Origin: a virus
DNA length: 64,000 nucleotides
Virus record (IMG/VR): IMGVR_UViG_3300021139_000007
Coordinates: 5,290 to 69,289 of that record
Strand: one strand, 5' to 3'
In this document: positions 30,501 to 41,600 of the stretch, in pieces
Numbering within the stretch: the stretch's first letter is position 1
How the letters are laid out: each line of letters starts with the position of its first letter
Made by a program: the position numbers and the translations under genes
The notes under the pieces: generated by a model
Told to the model about the DNA's origin: nothing
The model's database searches: none
The model's input: the letters and a program-made list of their open reading frames with translations, nothing else

Positions 30501-32309
30501 GCTACTTATCAGTTTCAACAAAACGATAGGTTAAGGGTTTATGACAATGGTAGTGGACAATTATTGAGTGCGGTAATAGATGTCCCAATTACAGGAACAA
30601 ATTACAACCAAGCAGCAATAAATTCACAACTTATTGCACCCCCAACAAATACGGTTTTGCCTTCAACAACACCTACTGCAAGTAATGTAAATATTTTTGT
30701 TGAATACGATTCAAGATTTGACCAATTAAAGGGTAAAACAGGATTTTGGATTGAAATATATTCCCCTTCTGAAACAACAGAATTAACTCCTTTTTATCAA
30801 GCTGAAAGTCTAATTGGAATACCGACTAATACTCCAACTAAAACATTAGGGGTATCATGGATTCCTATTATAGATGGGGAACTTGCAATAGTAGATAATG
30901 GCACTACATACAATCCAACAACAGGTTCTTTGAATTATTGGGATACTTATTTATTCCCAAGAAACATCGCTATACCCAATGCAGGTGTTCAATTTTTTAA
31001 TCATCCTTTTGAAAGCCCTAATGTGACCGATACATGGGGGGTAAATGCTGCAAGTGGTGGACAACCAAATATCGTAAACCCTTATGCAAAACAAATGTTC
31101 TACTTAGATGATACAATCAAGTCGGACGATTATATTAGTCAAGGGTTAAAGAATGGATTAGCTACATTCAGGGGAGAAAACAAAAAGACATTCAAAGGAT
31201 ACGGACGTGGGGGGATAGTCGCAATAAAAACCCACTACCAAGTAGTTTTCTTCCTTTGTGAAAATGATTGGTTTGTAACAGACTTTAACTTTAACTATGT
31301 TTATGCTAATGCACAAGGAGTACAAATAGCTAACTTAGACAATGCAATGGGAACACCTCACCAAAAAATAGGTGACAATTACGGTTGTTCTTATGGAGAT
31401 ACAAGTAGTATTGTTTTCAATGACAAGTATGCTATTTGGCATGACAAAAGAAACGAAGGATTTATGATTTGTAACTTTAGTCAAGCATCGGATATTACGG
31501 ACATACAAAGCGAAGGTAGGAGTTATGGCATAAAGTCATACTACTGCAAAAAATCCCTATTTGTAAGTTCATTCAATGAGACACATAACACTTCAAATAA
31601 GATAGACGTACTTACAGGAATAGATATTGACTTGAATTTATTGTATGTGACATTCAGACCAAGAAGGAACAATAGCAATGACTTAATGACATTTGTAAAC
31701 AATAGGAGAAACTTGCAGATAAACTACCAAGAAACATTTGTATATAATATCAATGTTAAAAGGTGGGTTAGATTGGTAGGGTTTACTCCAGAAGGATACG
31801 GAACATTAAGGGGTAACAGTTCGGGTAGATTGATGCTTTCTTTTGCAGGTGGAGTACCTTATTTTCATGGTAACATTCAAAATTCATCCTTTTGTAATTT
31901 CTATGGTAAAAATGTTGCACCTGTTTTGTCAGTAATAATAAACCCACATCCCGAATCAGAAAAGACATTGCAAAACATTTCATTGGATATAAACAATCAG
32001 CCTCTATGGGTTGACATGATTTACTCTAACTTGTTGAATAACTTTTCATACATACCCATAAACTACATGAAAGAAAAAGAAGGTCAATATTATGCACCTT
32101 TGCTATCAAACATGAACAGTTACTCTAACCCAAATACAAGGGATAATGACTTTAGGTCTATGCTTATTGATGGTGGGAAAATAAGGGGGGTATGGTTCTT
32201 GGTTAGGTTTGTTGCAGATTTGGCAAACATTGTAAACGGTACAAATGTTTATTCAGAATTGAATGACATATTTTATAAATATACTGTAACAGGAAATCAA
32301 CATAAATAA
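27570..32309 (+). CDS. tail stabilisation/nozzle (muzzle) protein
   Basis: 1579 aa beta-rich; LNLD N-terminus and KIRGVWF C-terminus as in podovirus tail tubular B-like proteins. Confidence 0.7.
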   Translation: MMPQQQDSVKPLFLNLDSSFETMQKNESPFIKDWTWQINGNANLPTGTGNPSGEGQNEFALTPSRGNQQLTSPALPSGFNKCVGSFESTLTKENYYFNYNDNGNHGIYVISGDDLSIQKVVVDSNLNFTEDQESYFSEHRVTLRVRYDENKNIIEKYLIATNGNRWQLWIDVLAAIATDGYNTSYYTLQPPLFDRRELLEYPVRPPMQEITAVSSFNSGLNTINNVVDTAFEFCYQFVLTDGRESVVAPFSVPYIIQTESFSSNSSILPNEWILKLYAGSCLVEKINIFYRYTKKQQDVNSFVTWSDWYLYDTIFKFGTNIPNQYWTRTNEWAIPNYNPEVTGYDSTNNILSYVFDNTKLGQITDQSLFALVQSGMPIKSVGLSDLGDSILLGNNQYGYDNIPTEITNKINVSVQEGGSNACVIPTKKVRLYGVVVGGVRGVANDYFQVGYYNSADSIGMRIGGVFHDGSIELDQSADFKMTFGSNGENNAYVCYFKGTPYYSVGKWYQVNSDYSLVPILSNLDYSNAGTKPYINSVISNGGFFVCVFDFEVPSGIYMACIGRHNVSLNNDFRGQSSYVLGLTTSTLVKSNGHNPNTFSKEMYVDCTSTGNYDQWGNTNDCFLLFTPFTMDSPFHFTEGYVNDDRTHNSPYELLATGVDAGFLRGGRITDKNGFYWNLCAGSGANSNTHLYGCFTCGTPSTISITGTCGGDGWCVQSLVYVQDIVGISYNINVNTFLYTIKITDSTGLIPYSNISVTLSDGSTKATDVTGNATFVFHNPSSNSARGSIGNVMVSQNYIIINGASNFVVTEIGCGYISGVTLPSLTCSTTQQTIEYPTYPLAVNIVFNQYTSLKQQGSYSIGAVLADLAGRVTSVQKITDIGVPSFVSRQDTKPTYFQWTLSSGLNLNTYPTTKDAAYLGLFVTKAINYKKYIQWVGDSIVYYNASGNVVTDTALATYCAISMMSLLDANIKNNLNLLATYQFQQNDRLRVYDNGSGQLLSAVIDVPITGTNYNQAAINSQLIAPPTNTVLPSTTPTASNVNIFVEYDSRFDQLKGKTGFWIEIYSPSETTELTPFYQAESLIGIPTNTPTKTLGVSWIPIIDGELAIVDNGTTYNPTTGSLNYWDTYLFPRNIAIPNAGVQFFNHPFESPNVTDTWGVNAASGGQPNIVNPYAKQMFYLDDTIKSDDYISQGLKNGLATFRGENKKTFKGYGRGGIVAIKTHYQVVFFLCENDWFVTDFNFNYVYANAQGVQIANLDNAMGTPHQKIGDNYGCSYGDTSSIVFNDKYAIWHDKRNEGFMICNFSQASDITDIQSEGRSYGIKSYYCKKSLFVSSFNETHNTSNKIDVLTGIDIDLNLLYVTFRPRRNNSNDLMTFVNNRRNLQINYQETFVYNINVKRWVRLVGFTPEGYGTLRGNSSGRLMLSFAGGVPYFHGNIQNSSFCNFYGKNVAPVLSVIINPHPESEKTLQNISLDINNQPLWVDMIYSNLLNNFSYIPINYMKEKEGQYYAPLLSNMNSYSNPNTRDNDFRSMLIDGGKIRGVWFLVRFVADLANIVNGTNVYSELNDIFYKYTVTGNQHK

Positions 32310-32683
32310 TGAGTTACATAATTGAATATTGCCCACCTTTTGAGTTGTTTAGAATAGTACAGGCAGTTGTCATAGACAATAGGGCAACATTATTCCCCCC
32401 ACCTGCCCCACCATTGCCCCCAACAAGGTACAATGCAACAACAATACAAAACTACATAAATGAACAAGTGGCATTGGTTACTGACATGGTAGTAATGTAT
32501 AAGATACTTACTTTACAAGGTAATTTGGTAGGGTATTTTAGCTTAGAATTTATTGCATCATACAGCGTAACCAAACTACAACAACAAATAAGACCACAAT
32601 GGCAAAATGATTTGGCAACAATTAACGAATTAATCACTACTTTTGTAGCAAGTTATGAATGGCAGAATGACTTTTTGTTTTAG
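32309..32683 (+). CDS. hypothetical protein
   Basis: 124-aa ORF coupled to the nozzle gene. Confidence 0.5.
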   Translation: MSYIIEYCPPFELFRIVQAVVIDNRATLFPPPAPPLPPTRYNATTIQNYINEQVALVTDMVVMYKILTLQGNLVGYFSLEFIASYSVTKLQQQIRPQWQNDLATINELITTFVASYEWQNDFLF

Positions 32684-32690
32684 AAAATAG

Positions 32691-33194
32691 TTGTTTATGG
32701 ATGAAGTTTTAAATGTTGATTATGTAAAAAGGGATTCTGATAATAAACTCGATGCAATAGAAGTAGAAATGTTAGCGGTTGGGCAGCCGATAAATTGCCC
32801 TGTTGAACATAAGTTTATCGGTGGTTTATACATTAGGACTATCTTTATGCCAAAAGACTTTTTTTGCACTTCATTGATACATAACACAAATCATCCTTAC
32901 TTCATTATGAAAGGTGATGTTTCGGTAATGAGTGAGGTAGGGGGGATAGAAAGGGTAATTGCCCCTTATATTGGGGAAACAAAAAAAGGCACTAGAAGAT
33001 TTTTAAAAGTTAATGAAGATACTATTTGGGCTACTGTACATAAAACAGAAGTAGTACCTTTTGATGATTCAGAAAAAGAGATACTTTTGGCGGTAGATAA
33101 AGTGGCAGATGAAATTTTGGAAAGGCACGAAAACGTATATCTCTCACAAGAGATTAGAAACAATAAATTATTTACACACTCTTTAATAGATTAA
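32691..33194 (+). CDS. cupin-like protein
   Basis: HKFIGGLYIRTIFMP..IHNTNH..MKGDVSV..GTRR..WATVH. Confidence 0.6.
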   Translation: MFMDEVLNVDYVKRDSDNKLDAIEVEMLAVGQPINCPVEHKFIGGLYIRTIFMPKDFFCTSLIHNTNHPYFIMKGDVSVMSEVGGIERVIAPYIGETKKGTRRFLKVNEDTIWATVHKTEVVPFDDSEKEILLAVDKVADEILERHENVYLSQEIRNNKLFTHSLID

Positions 33195-33197
33195 ACT

Positions 33198-33998
33198 ATG
33201 AGTTGGGTAGCAGTCGGTGTAGCAGGGGTTTCAGCAGCAACAGGTATAGCCAAATCTATTCATGGTGCTAATGAAAAGAAAAAGGCAGAGCAAGAACAAG
33301 CCAACCTAAAACCTGCATTTTATAAAATACAGCAAGAATATCAACAAAATAGAGATATTGCAGCACAACAGGCAGAACAAGGTATGCCATCCGCACAAAG
33401 GGATTACCAAACACAAGAATCACAACGTGGTTTAGGTGCAGGTATCGGGGCTACATTACAAGGCGGTGGTGATGTAAATAACATAGCAAGACTTTTACAA
33501 GGTTATAACCAACAAGTAGGTGCAACAGCAGCAAGTGATGCACAAATGCACTTGGAAAACATTAATCGTTTCTTTGAAAGGAATAAGGATTTGGCAGGTC
33601 AAAAAACAATGCAATGGAGTTTGAACGAATACCAACCTTATGAAAGAAAATTAAACGAATTAAAGCAAAGGATGGCAGTAGGGGAACAAAACGAATGGGG
33701 AGGTATTAGTGATGCCACAAGTGCAGCCGCAGCAGGTGTAGCAGGTTATCAAAATGCTAACCTAATGAGGACACCTAGAAGTGGTGATGTTTCGGAGGGC
33801 GATTATACGGGTGCAGCAAGACAAGGTAATCAATATGTCATACCTAATTCTTTAGGTAAAGTAACCCCATTAACAAAAGAAGCCCCACAACAACTCCCTT
33901 TACCTGTTGTAGCTAATTCTATGGGGAATATTGGTGGGATTAATTATGGTGGTGGTGGTGCAGGTTCTTTATATGACTACACACAAAAGCCACAATAA
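33198..33998 (+). CDS. internal virion/ejection protein
   Basis: MSWVAVGVAGVSAA hydrophobic N-terminus, G/A/Q-rich. Confidence 0.65.
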   Translation: MSWVAVGVAGVSAATGIAKSIHGANEKKKAEQEQANLKPAFYKIQQEYQQNRDIAAQQAEQGMPSAQRDYQTQESQRGLGAGIGATLQGGGDVNNIARLLQGYNQQVGATAASDAQMHLENINRFFERNKDLAGQKTMQWSLNEYQPYERKLNELKQRMAVGEQNEWGGISDATSAAAAGVAGYQNANLMRTPRSGDVSEGDYTGAARQGNQYVIPNSLGKVTPLTKEAPQQLPLPVVANSMGNIGGINYGGGGAGSLYDYTQKPQ

Positions 33999-34021
33999 AA
34001 TAATTTGAATAAATAGTAATA

Positions 34022-35680
34022 ATGGCAAGTTCTGAACCATCTTTAAGTGAGATTTCAAATTTTGATAAAGACGCTAACCTAGTAAAAGGTAGTGCAGCCG
34101 TACCTATTGATTTAAGTAGTGGCTTAAAAGGAGTATGGGATTTAGCACATGAAAAAGCACAATACGATTGGGCTAAATATCAGAATCATTTAAAGCAAGT
34201 ATCTGATTATGCAGCAGGTCATCAACTTGACTATGCAGGGGTACGTTCTACTGATATTCCCCTAATATCAAAAATGGCAAATGAATACTATCAAGATATT
34301 GCAAGAGACCCTAAAAAACTTTCACAAATTGGTAATGACCCTAAATGGAATGAAATACAAGCTAAAGTAGGTCAAAGTAAACAACTTAATTCTTATGCCG
34401 ATAAACAAAGGGAGTTTTTAGATAAGAACCCTCATTTATGGACTGATGAAAATAAAAGAAGGTATCAATCATTTATGGAAGGTAGCATTGACCAAAAACC
34501 TTCTGACTTCCAATTGGATATGCCTAAGACAATTGATATGCAAGGATTAGCAAGCAAAGTTCTTACAACAGTAGAACGTGGAGGAATCGGGAAAGCTAAA
34601 CAATATGACCCTATGGGAGAAAGAGTAATGGAAGAAGTGACATTACCTAGTGGACAAAAAGAATCCATTTATAGTGGTCTTATTCGTTCAAAAAAAGGGG
34701 GTATAGAATTTGGTAAAGATGATTACATGAATATTGGGAATGCTTTATATTCAAGTGGTCAGCCAACGGGTCAAGGTTCTAAAGATTCTATACCCGAAGC
34801 CGCAACGTATATGTATAGCCAATTGAAAGACGAAGAGAAACAATCCTATATTAAAAAAGACCCTAAGAATCCCCAAAAGGCTTATTTCATGGATGAATGG
34901 GAAAAGATGTACAGAAAAGAGGGTGGTAAAGAAGATATTAAGGATGAAGTTGACCAATCTTACAAAAGAGACACGGAATTAATGTTGGCTGATAAAAGGC
35001 AAAGGCAAGCAGTTTACTTAAAGAACCTTGAATTTGGGCATTCGGATAAAGAAAAAAATGAAGCGGCTAAAGGGTTGATTAACATTGCAAAAGATGTATT
35101 GACGAATGTTGATAAAAACTCTAACCCTATTTCAGTCGAAGGTGGTGAAGCAGAACCCGTTTTGTCTGTAACTAAAGCAATGAATAAGTTTTTCTTGAAA
35201 ACAATAGAAGAAAAAGTTAAGGATAAAACAGATAAAGTAAGTGTAATTAAGACTACGATAGAACCTGATAAATATACAAGGACTAAAAATGGAGAAATAA
35301 GACCTTTGTATTTTAGTAGATATACACAAGACGATTTAGACGAATGGGGGAAGAATAATCCCGATAAAGGTGAAGCCCCATTTAAGGTCGGGGATGTTAA
35401 AAAGCAAGGTAATACTAAACTATTTACTTCGGGAGAACCTGTTACAACAAGTGACTTGATGACTAATATAGTAAAGGAAACAGGGAACGGGTCTAGTAAA
35501 AACAATTTGGACGTATTGAAGCAAGCACAAGATATTTTAAATAAAGAGGGCGGTATTAATAAAGTAATAACTAAGAAGGTTATAAACAGAAGTGATATAC
35601 CTGCTAAAGCTAAAGCCGCAAATTATTCTGTTAAAGAATACGAAGCATTATTAAAGAAAAACGGGGTTGAAATAAATTAA
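34022..35680 (+). CDS. internal virion/ejection protein
   Basis: 552 aa, charged, Cys-free; lies between ejection genes. Confidence 0.55.
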   Translation: MASSEPSLSEISNFDKDANLVKGSAAVPIDLSSGLKGVWDLAHEKAQYDWAKYQNHLKQVSDYAAGHQLDYAGVRSTDIPLISKMANEYYQDIARDPKKLSQIGNDPKWNEIQAKVGQSKQLNSYADKQREFLDKNPHLWTDENKRRYQSFMEGSIDQKPSDFQLDMPKTIDMQGLASKVLTTVERGGIGKAKQYDPMGERVMEEVTLPSGQKESIYSGLIRSKKGGIEFGKDDYMNIGNALYSSGQPTGQGSKDSIPEAATYMYSQLKDEEKQSYIKKDPKNPQKAYFMDEWEKMYRKEGGKEDIKDEVDQSYKRDTELMLADKRQRQAVYLKNLEFGHSDKEKNEAAKGLINIAKDVLTNVDKNSNPISVEGGEAEPVLSVTKAMNKFFLKTIEEKVKDKTDKVSVIKTTIEPDKYTRTKNGEIRPLYFSRYTQDDLDEWGKNNPDKGEAPFKVGDVKKQGNTKLFTSGEPVTTSDLMTNIVKETGNGSSKNNLDVLKQAQDILNKEGGINKVITKKVINRSDIPAKAKAANYSVKEYEALLKKNGVEIN

Positions 35681-35685
35681 TAAAT

Positions 35686-38600
35686 ATGCCACAACAATTA
35701 GATGAATATGGTATCCCAATAAGGGGTAGTGAACAATCTCAACAAAAAGAAAGTTTTGATGAGTATGGGATTCCTATAAAAAAAAAAGCATCTACTACAC
35801 AATCTACTTCTTTGGATGGTACAAAGCCTTCAAGCAATGGTGGTACGCAAACACCCCAATTAGCATCTCAATCAAAATCTACATTAGGAGGGGAAAGTAA
35901 GGATGTAGATTATAAACCTTCGACTTCATTTTCAGATAGATTCCCTATTGCTAAAGATAAGTTAGGTCAAAATATAACCACAAACGGAATTTCAAAAGAA
36001 AGTACCGTAATGACAACCCCTGCTTCTGAAATAGAGAAACAATCTAAATTAGAAGAAAAATCACTTAATAAGCAAAAGGTTACAGATGCTTTCGCCACAG
36101 CACAGAAAAGAGTTAATACTTTTTATGGTGTTTTAAGTGGGAAATTGCCATATACGGATATTACTAAGACCGATTTCATTAGTGGTTCAAAAGACCCGTC
36201 TAAGATACATGACATAACCGATAGGGCTTATGAAGGAAATCTTACATTAGAAGATTTGAATACAATGAACATAGCTAATAAAGCTATGTTGGCAGAACCT
36301 CAAAAAACAGTAGATGCTTTGAATAGTATGGCTAAAAACATACGAAAGATAACTCAATTAGCTACAACAGAAACATCAATGCCATCTTTGATACAACTTA
36401 ATGGGATTGAACAAAATATAGAACGTCTACAAAATGAACGTTCACGATTAGAATTAGAATCGCAAACAAAGCAAGGCAACTATCCTAAAATGTTGGCTGA
36501 TATAGATGCACAAATAAAGCCTTTAAGGGAAAAAGAAGCATTTATAAAACATAGCCAACAAGCTATTTACAATACAAAATATGAGACTGAATACAAGCCT
36601 AACATCTTAAAAAATATTGGTGACTTAGACGAATTTGCCGAAATTTACATTGACCCAAAAACAAATCAAATTGACGTATTGGGTCAAGAAAGACTAAGGT
36701 CTATTACGGAACAAACCATGAAAAAAGGTGGTTCTGATTTTACTTCTTTAGTACATGAAATGGGTACAGGTATATTGGATAGTAAAAATAATGTATCCCA
36801 AACAGGAGATATAAATGTACAATTTAATGAAACGTCAAACAAACTGATTTCAGACTTAAATACAATGTTGCCAATAAAAATGGCAACAAAAAAATACAAA
36901 TCAGATTACTCAAATAAATATCCTGAATTAAGTGGTTATTTAGATAGTTATGATAAAACTCATAATGCTATAAATTCTAAAGAGAAAGATGCGGCAAAAG
37001 AATTTGCTAAAACTAGCGTTCATGCGGATGTACTTGCTTTGCAAGATAAATTCGACAATCAATTGCATCAAAACCCAAAAGCGAAAGAAATTTATTCTAA
37101 ATGGGATGGGCAAGTAAAGTCTGGAATGGTTACCCAAGAAATAGCACAAAAAAACATTGAACGTGACTTAGAAAACGACAAGGATATATCAGTATTGCTA
37201 AAAGGAAGAAAAGAACAAGTTGATGCTATAAACAGGAAATATGCAGGGGCTTATCAAGACTACATCACAAGTGTTCTAAAGTCTAACAACCCAAATATAA
37301 ACATATATCCTGATGGAACTATTGGTATAAAAGGAAAATCAAAAGAAGAGAGTAATAAGATAGTTGGTGATTACTACAAAGGACTGAATGACATATCTAA
37401 CAAGACATTGCAAGACATTGGTAAAAAGAAAGGTGAAAATGCCGAAGAAATAGCTAATAGGCATGGATTGTTTTATACAGGATTGCATCAATCTACATTA
37501 AATATATTAAATGGTACTTTTCAAGGGATGTTTAATGCTGTTGGGATAGGGGGTGATTATTCGAAATCTTTACAATCGGAAATGAGTGTAAATGATATTT
37601 CACCTTCAAAAACAATACAAGAATTATCTAAACAAAAAGGTGTTACAGCATGGCTTAATCCTGACTATTTATCTTATCAAGCAGGTCTTAATACTCCTTT
37701 GATGCTTGGTGCTGCTGCTACAGGTTTTGCTACAGGTGGATTGGGCTTAATCCCTTCTACAATCGCAGGTGCTACATTTATGACAGGAGTTAATTTGGCT
37801 AACAGAGTATCTGAATTAAGTAATACAAAAGACGATTTTGGTAATAATATACCAACAGGGGAAGCCGTTCATATTGCAAATGTAGAAGCACAAACTCAAT
37901 TCGCTACTAACTTGTCTATGATGCTTTTGCACTCTAAGTTAGCAACTGGCGATGCAATAGCAAAACAAACTATTGGTAAATCATTGGCTACATTTGGTAA
38001 AGAACAAATACCAAATGCCTTAATGATGGGGGCGCAAGGTTATTTAGGTGAAAAGGCGATGGCTAAGGCGAAAGGCGAAGATTATAACAAAAACTTTGCA
38101 GAATATATGCTATCAGATGAAGGGTTGGCAGGTTTGTCAAGCATGACACCTTTCTTGATAATGGATGCTGCTAAAGTTATGAATAGTCATATAGGGGGAA
38201 TAAAAACATGGAAAGAATTTTTAAAATCAACAGACGAAAGTTTTTTAAAGAACCAACAATATAATCAATCATTAAGACAATTACATACAGGTAACATTGA
38301 ATCATGGATTGATGCACAACAAATAAGGTTGTTTAATGGAGACTATTCAAATGAAGCAGAAAAAAACGAGTTGCAAAACAGTCTAAATTATAGCAAATCA
38401 ATTTACAAAAACTTAAAAGCTGCAAACTTATCAAATACTAATGTTAACGGTCTTTATGCCGCACACAATTTGGCTTTAGGGGATATTCATACAGAATATG
38501 CAAAGCAAAAAGGCGAAGAAAATAACACTACATTACAAAAGTATCACGAAGACGAAGCTAAAAAGTACAGAGAAGAAGCCTTTAAAACATTAAGTGGTGA

Positions 38601-41600
38601 AGGAAATTTCCATTACATGGTTGATGCAACTGATAATCCTGTTTTCATAAGCGATAAGACATTGAAAACACTTACTGATAATGGTGAATTATCAGATTGG
38701 ATGAAAAGAAATGTAGTAAAAGATGTAGTAAAAAGTGATGACAAGCAATTTTCAACTAAATTCAAAGAACAATTAGCTGCAAAAGAAGCAGAACAAAAAG
38801 CATCACAACAAGAGAAAAAGACTACTACAACAGAAAAGCCAACAGAAGAACAAATACTAAAAGACATAAATGAAGGTAATTTAGTTACGTTTACATATAA
38901 GTCAAAAGATGAAGTACCTGATGTTTTTAAGGATAAAATATCAAGCGAAGGTAATGTCAATGGTGAGCAAGTAGTAAGGGTAACAGTACCTAAATCTTTA
39001 GCTGACTATGAATTATCTAAAGGCACTAAAGATGGGACTATCCCAACAGAAAAGAAAACAGACAAGTATATAACTAAACCCGAAGATAACTTAGAAGGTA
39101 AGAAAATATATTCTGATTTTGATGGAACTATTATTGATAACGAAACAGGCAAATTACTGCCATTTGGTGAAGAAGTAAAGCAAAGGATAGCTAATGGCGA
39201 AGATGTGACGATTTTGACCCACAGCAAAGACGAAGAAGGAGAAGCAAAAGGTAGCAATCTTCAACGTATAGCTACTGCATTAGAAATCCCAATAGAAAAA
39301 GCAAAAGAAATAGTAAAGGAAGATGTAAGCCCAACTGAAAAGATAGGATTAGCAAAAGATGGTGTTTTAATTGACAATAGTACAAGTGTATTAAACCAAG
39401 CAAAAGAAGCAGGTATAGAACATCACGATGCAGACAAATTTAATGGTAGAAAAAAAGAAGCGACAGAAGTAGCACAACCCGAAGGAGAAAAGGTAGTACC
39501 TAGTGAAACAGAAGTAGAAAAGACTACCCCAATAAAAGCAAAAAGTAAACTATCTAAATTTAAAGAAAAATTTGTTGATGCTAAAGTAGAAGAACCTAAA
39601 GTAGAAGAAAAAGTAGTTGATGAAAGAAAATCTAAGCAATTAGAATTAATAAATAAGACTAATCCTGCACCAAATGATTATAATACTTGGGTTAGGTCAG
39701 TAGATGATATAAAAACAGCAAAGGAAGTTTGGGATAATGTACCAGAAGGTGATGAAATGTACCCTGATTTTAAAAAAGATGCAATGAATAATGCACTTGA
39801 GAGTGGTGAAATTGAAGTCTATTCAAGCTATCCAATAGAAGATGGTACTTTTATTACCCCATCAAAGGATGGTGCAGAAGATTATGCAGGTGGGAAAGGT
39901 AAACAGATATACTATAAAAAAGTAAAATTAGAAGATGTTGCTTGGCTAGATGAAAGTCAAGGGCAATTCGCACCAATAAAAACAGAAACAACCAAAACAG
40001 AAAAAGTAGAACCTACTACTACCAAAACGGAAACAACTACTACTGCATTAAAAGATGTCGAGAGTGAAATAACAGAAAAGGAATATAAAAAAGAATATCA
40101 ATCTTTAATTGATAAGAAAAAGTTATTAGATGAAAAAAGGGCTGAACTATTAAGAAGAAAGAAAAATATAACTCCAAGTGAATTTAAAACTATTTCTGAT
40201 GAAATAGCAAAAGAAAGTGAAAGTTACGTTAATCAAATGAAAGAGCTTTCTTCTAAAAAAATAATTAAAAGCAACCAACCGCAAATTGAAAAAGTAGAAC
40301 CTACTGTATCTAAGGAAGAAACACCTAAAGAAGAACCATTAAAAGAAACATACGATACAGGAAATAAACTTACTGATACTAAAGATTTAAAAGTAGGTGA
40401 TTATGCAGCTATTAAACACCCTAATGGAGTTACTTATGAAGGTAAAGTAACAAGCGTAGGTAGTAAGAATATTAAAATAGAAACAGAAAGTAAACAATAC
40501 GGTAAACAAGAAATACAATTACCTAAAAATGATGTTATTGGTTTCTTTAAGCCTAAATTTCAAATAGAAACCCCCGAAACAGAACCTATATCAGAAATGA
40601 GAGATATAGTAAAGGACTATGTAGATGAAGGTATAACTAGCTTAGAAAAAATAAAAGACTTAGTTGCAGAAGAATTAGGTACAGATAAATATGCTGATAC
40701 AGTAGAAAAGGCTTTTAATGAGTACACTAAAAAAGAAACAAGAAAAGATATTTCAGAAGCAGTAATAGAAAGAGTAGGTGTTGCTTTAAATAAAATGTTT
40801 AAAGGTGGTACAGTAGAAACTTTAGGTACAAAAGAAATTAAGGCAAAGGCAAAAGAATTATCAAAAGGGAAACCAATTAAATATCAACTTGAAGATGGTA
40901 CTAAGATTGAAGGTAATACTATGCCCGAAATAGTAAATGGGTTTTATTCCCCACTTGAAAAAACTATTAGTGAAACTAAATTCGATAAACTCCCTGCAAA
41001 ACAATGGATAGAAAAATTTGCTAAAGGAGAAGAAGCAAAATGGACAGGATTAACAGATTGGTTAGGTAAACAAGAAGGGAGTGTATCTAAAGCAGATATT
41101 CAAAAATATCTTAAAGATAATAGAATAGAAGTAGTAGAGGTTGATAATAGCACAAAAGGGTCTAATAGATTTGTTTTATTAGATAATGAAGGATATAGTG
41201 TACATGGTGAATCTGTTGAAGTAAATGGTAGTCCTAATAATTTTTTTGCAGACTATAATGATAATGAGATAAATGATTTTGTTTTTAAAGATGGGAGATA
41301 TGTAAGCGAAAGTACTGGATTTGAATTAGAGCCATCAGATGACAATAACGATGGGTTGAAATATGGAGAAATCCAATTAGGTGGTAAATCAGATAATTAC
41401 AAAGAAATACTTATAACTTTACCTAAAACTTATGAAAATTATAAAAAATTAACGACAGAAGGAAAACAATTCAATTCAACTCACTTTGAAGAACCAAATA
41501 TAATCGCACACCTAAGAATGAATACTAGAACCGATGCAGAAGGTAATAAGGTATTATTCTTAGAGGAGTTGCAAAGTGATTGGGGTCAACAAGGTAAAAA

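Noticed and set aside
39100-39135. DFDG as a virion RNA polymerase catalytic motif
   Set aside because: The context is hhxDFDGTh (HAD motif I), not DFDGD/DFDID, and no other RNAP motifs were seen
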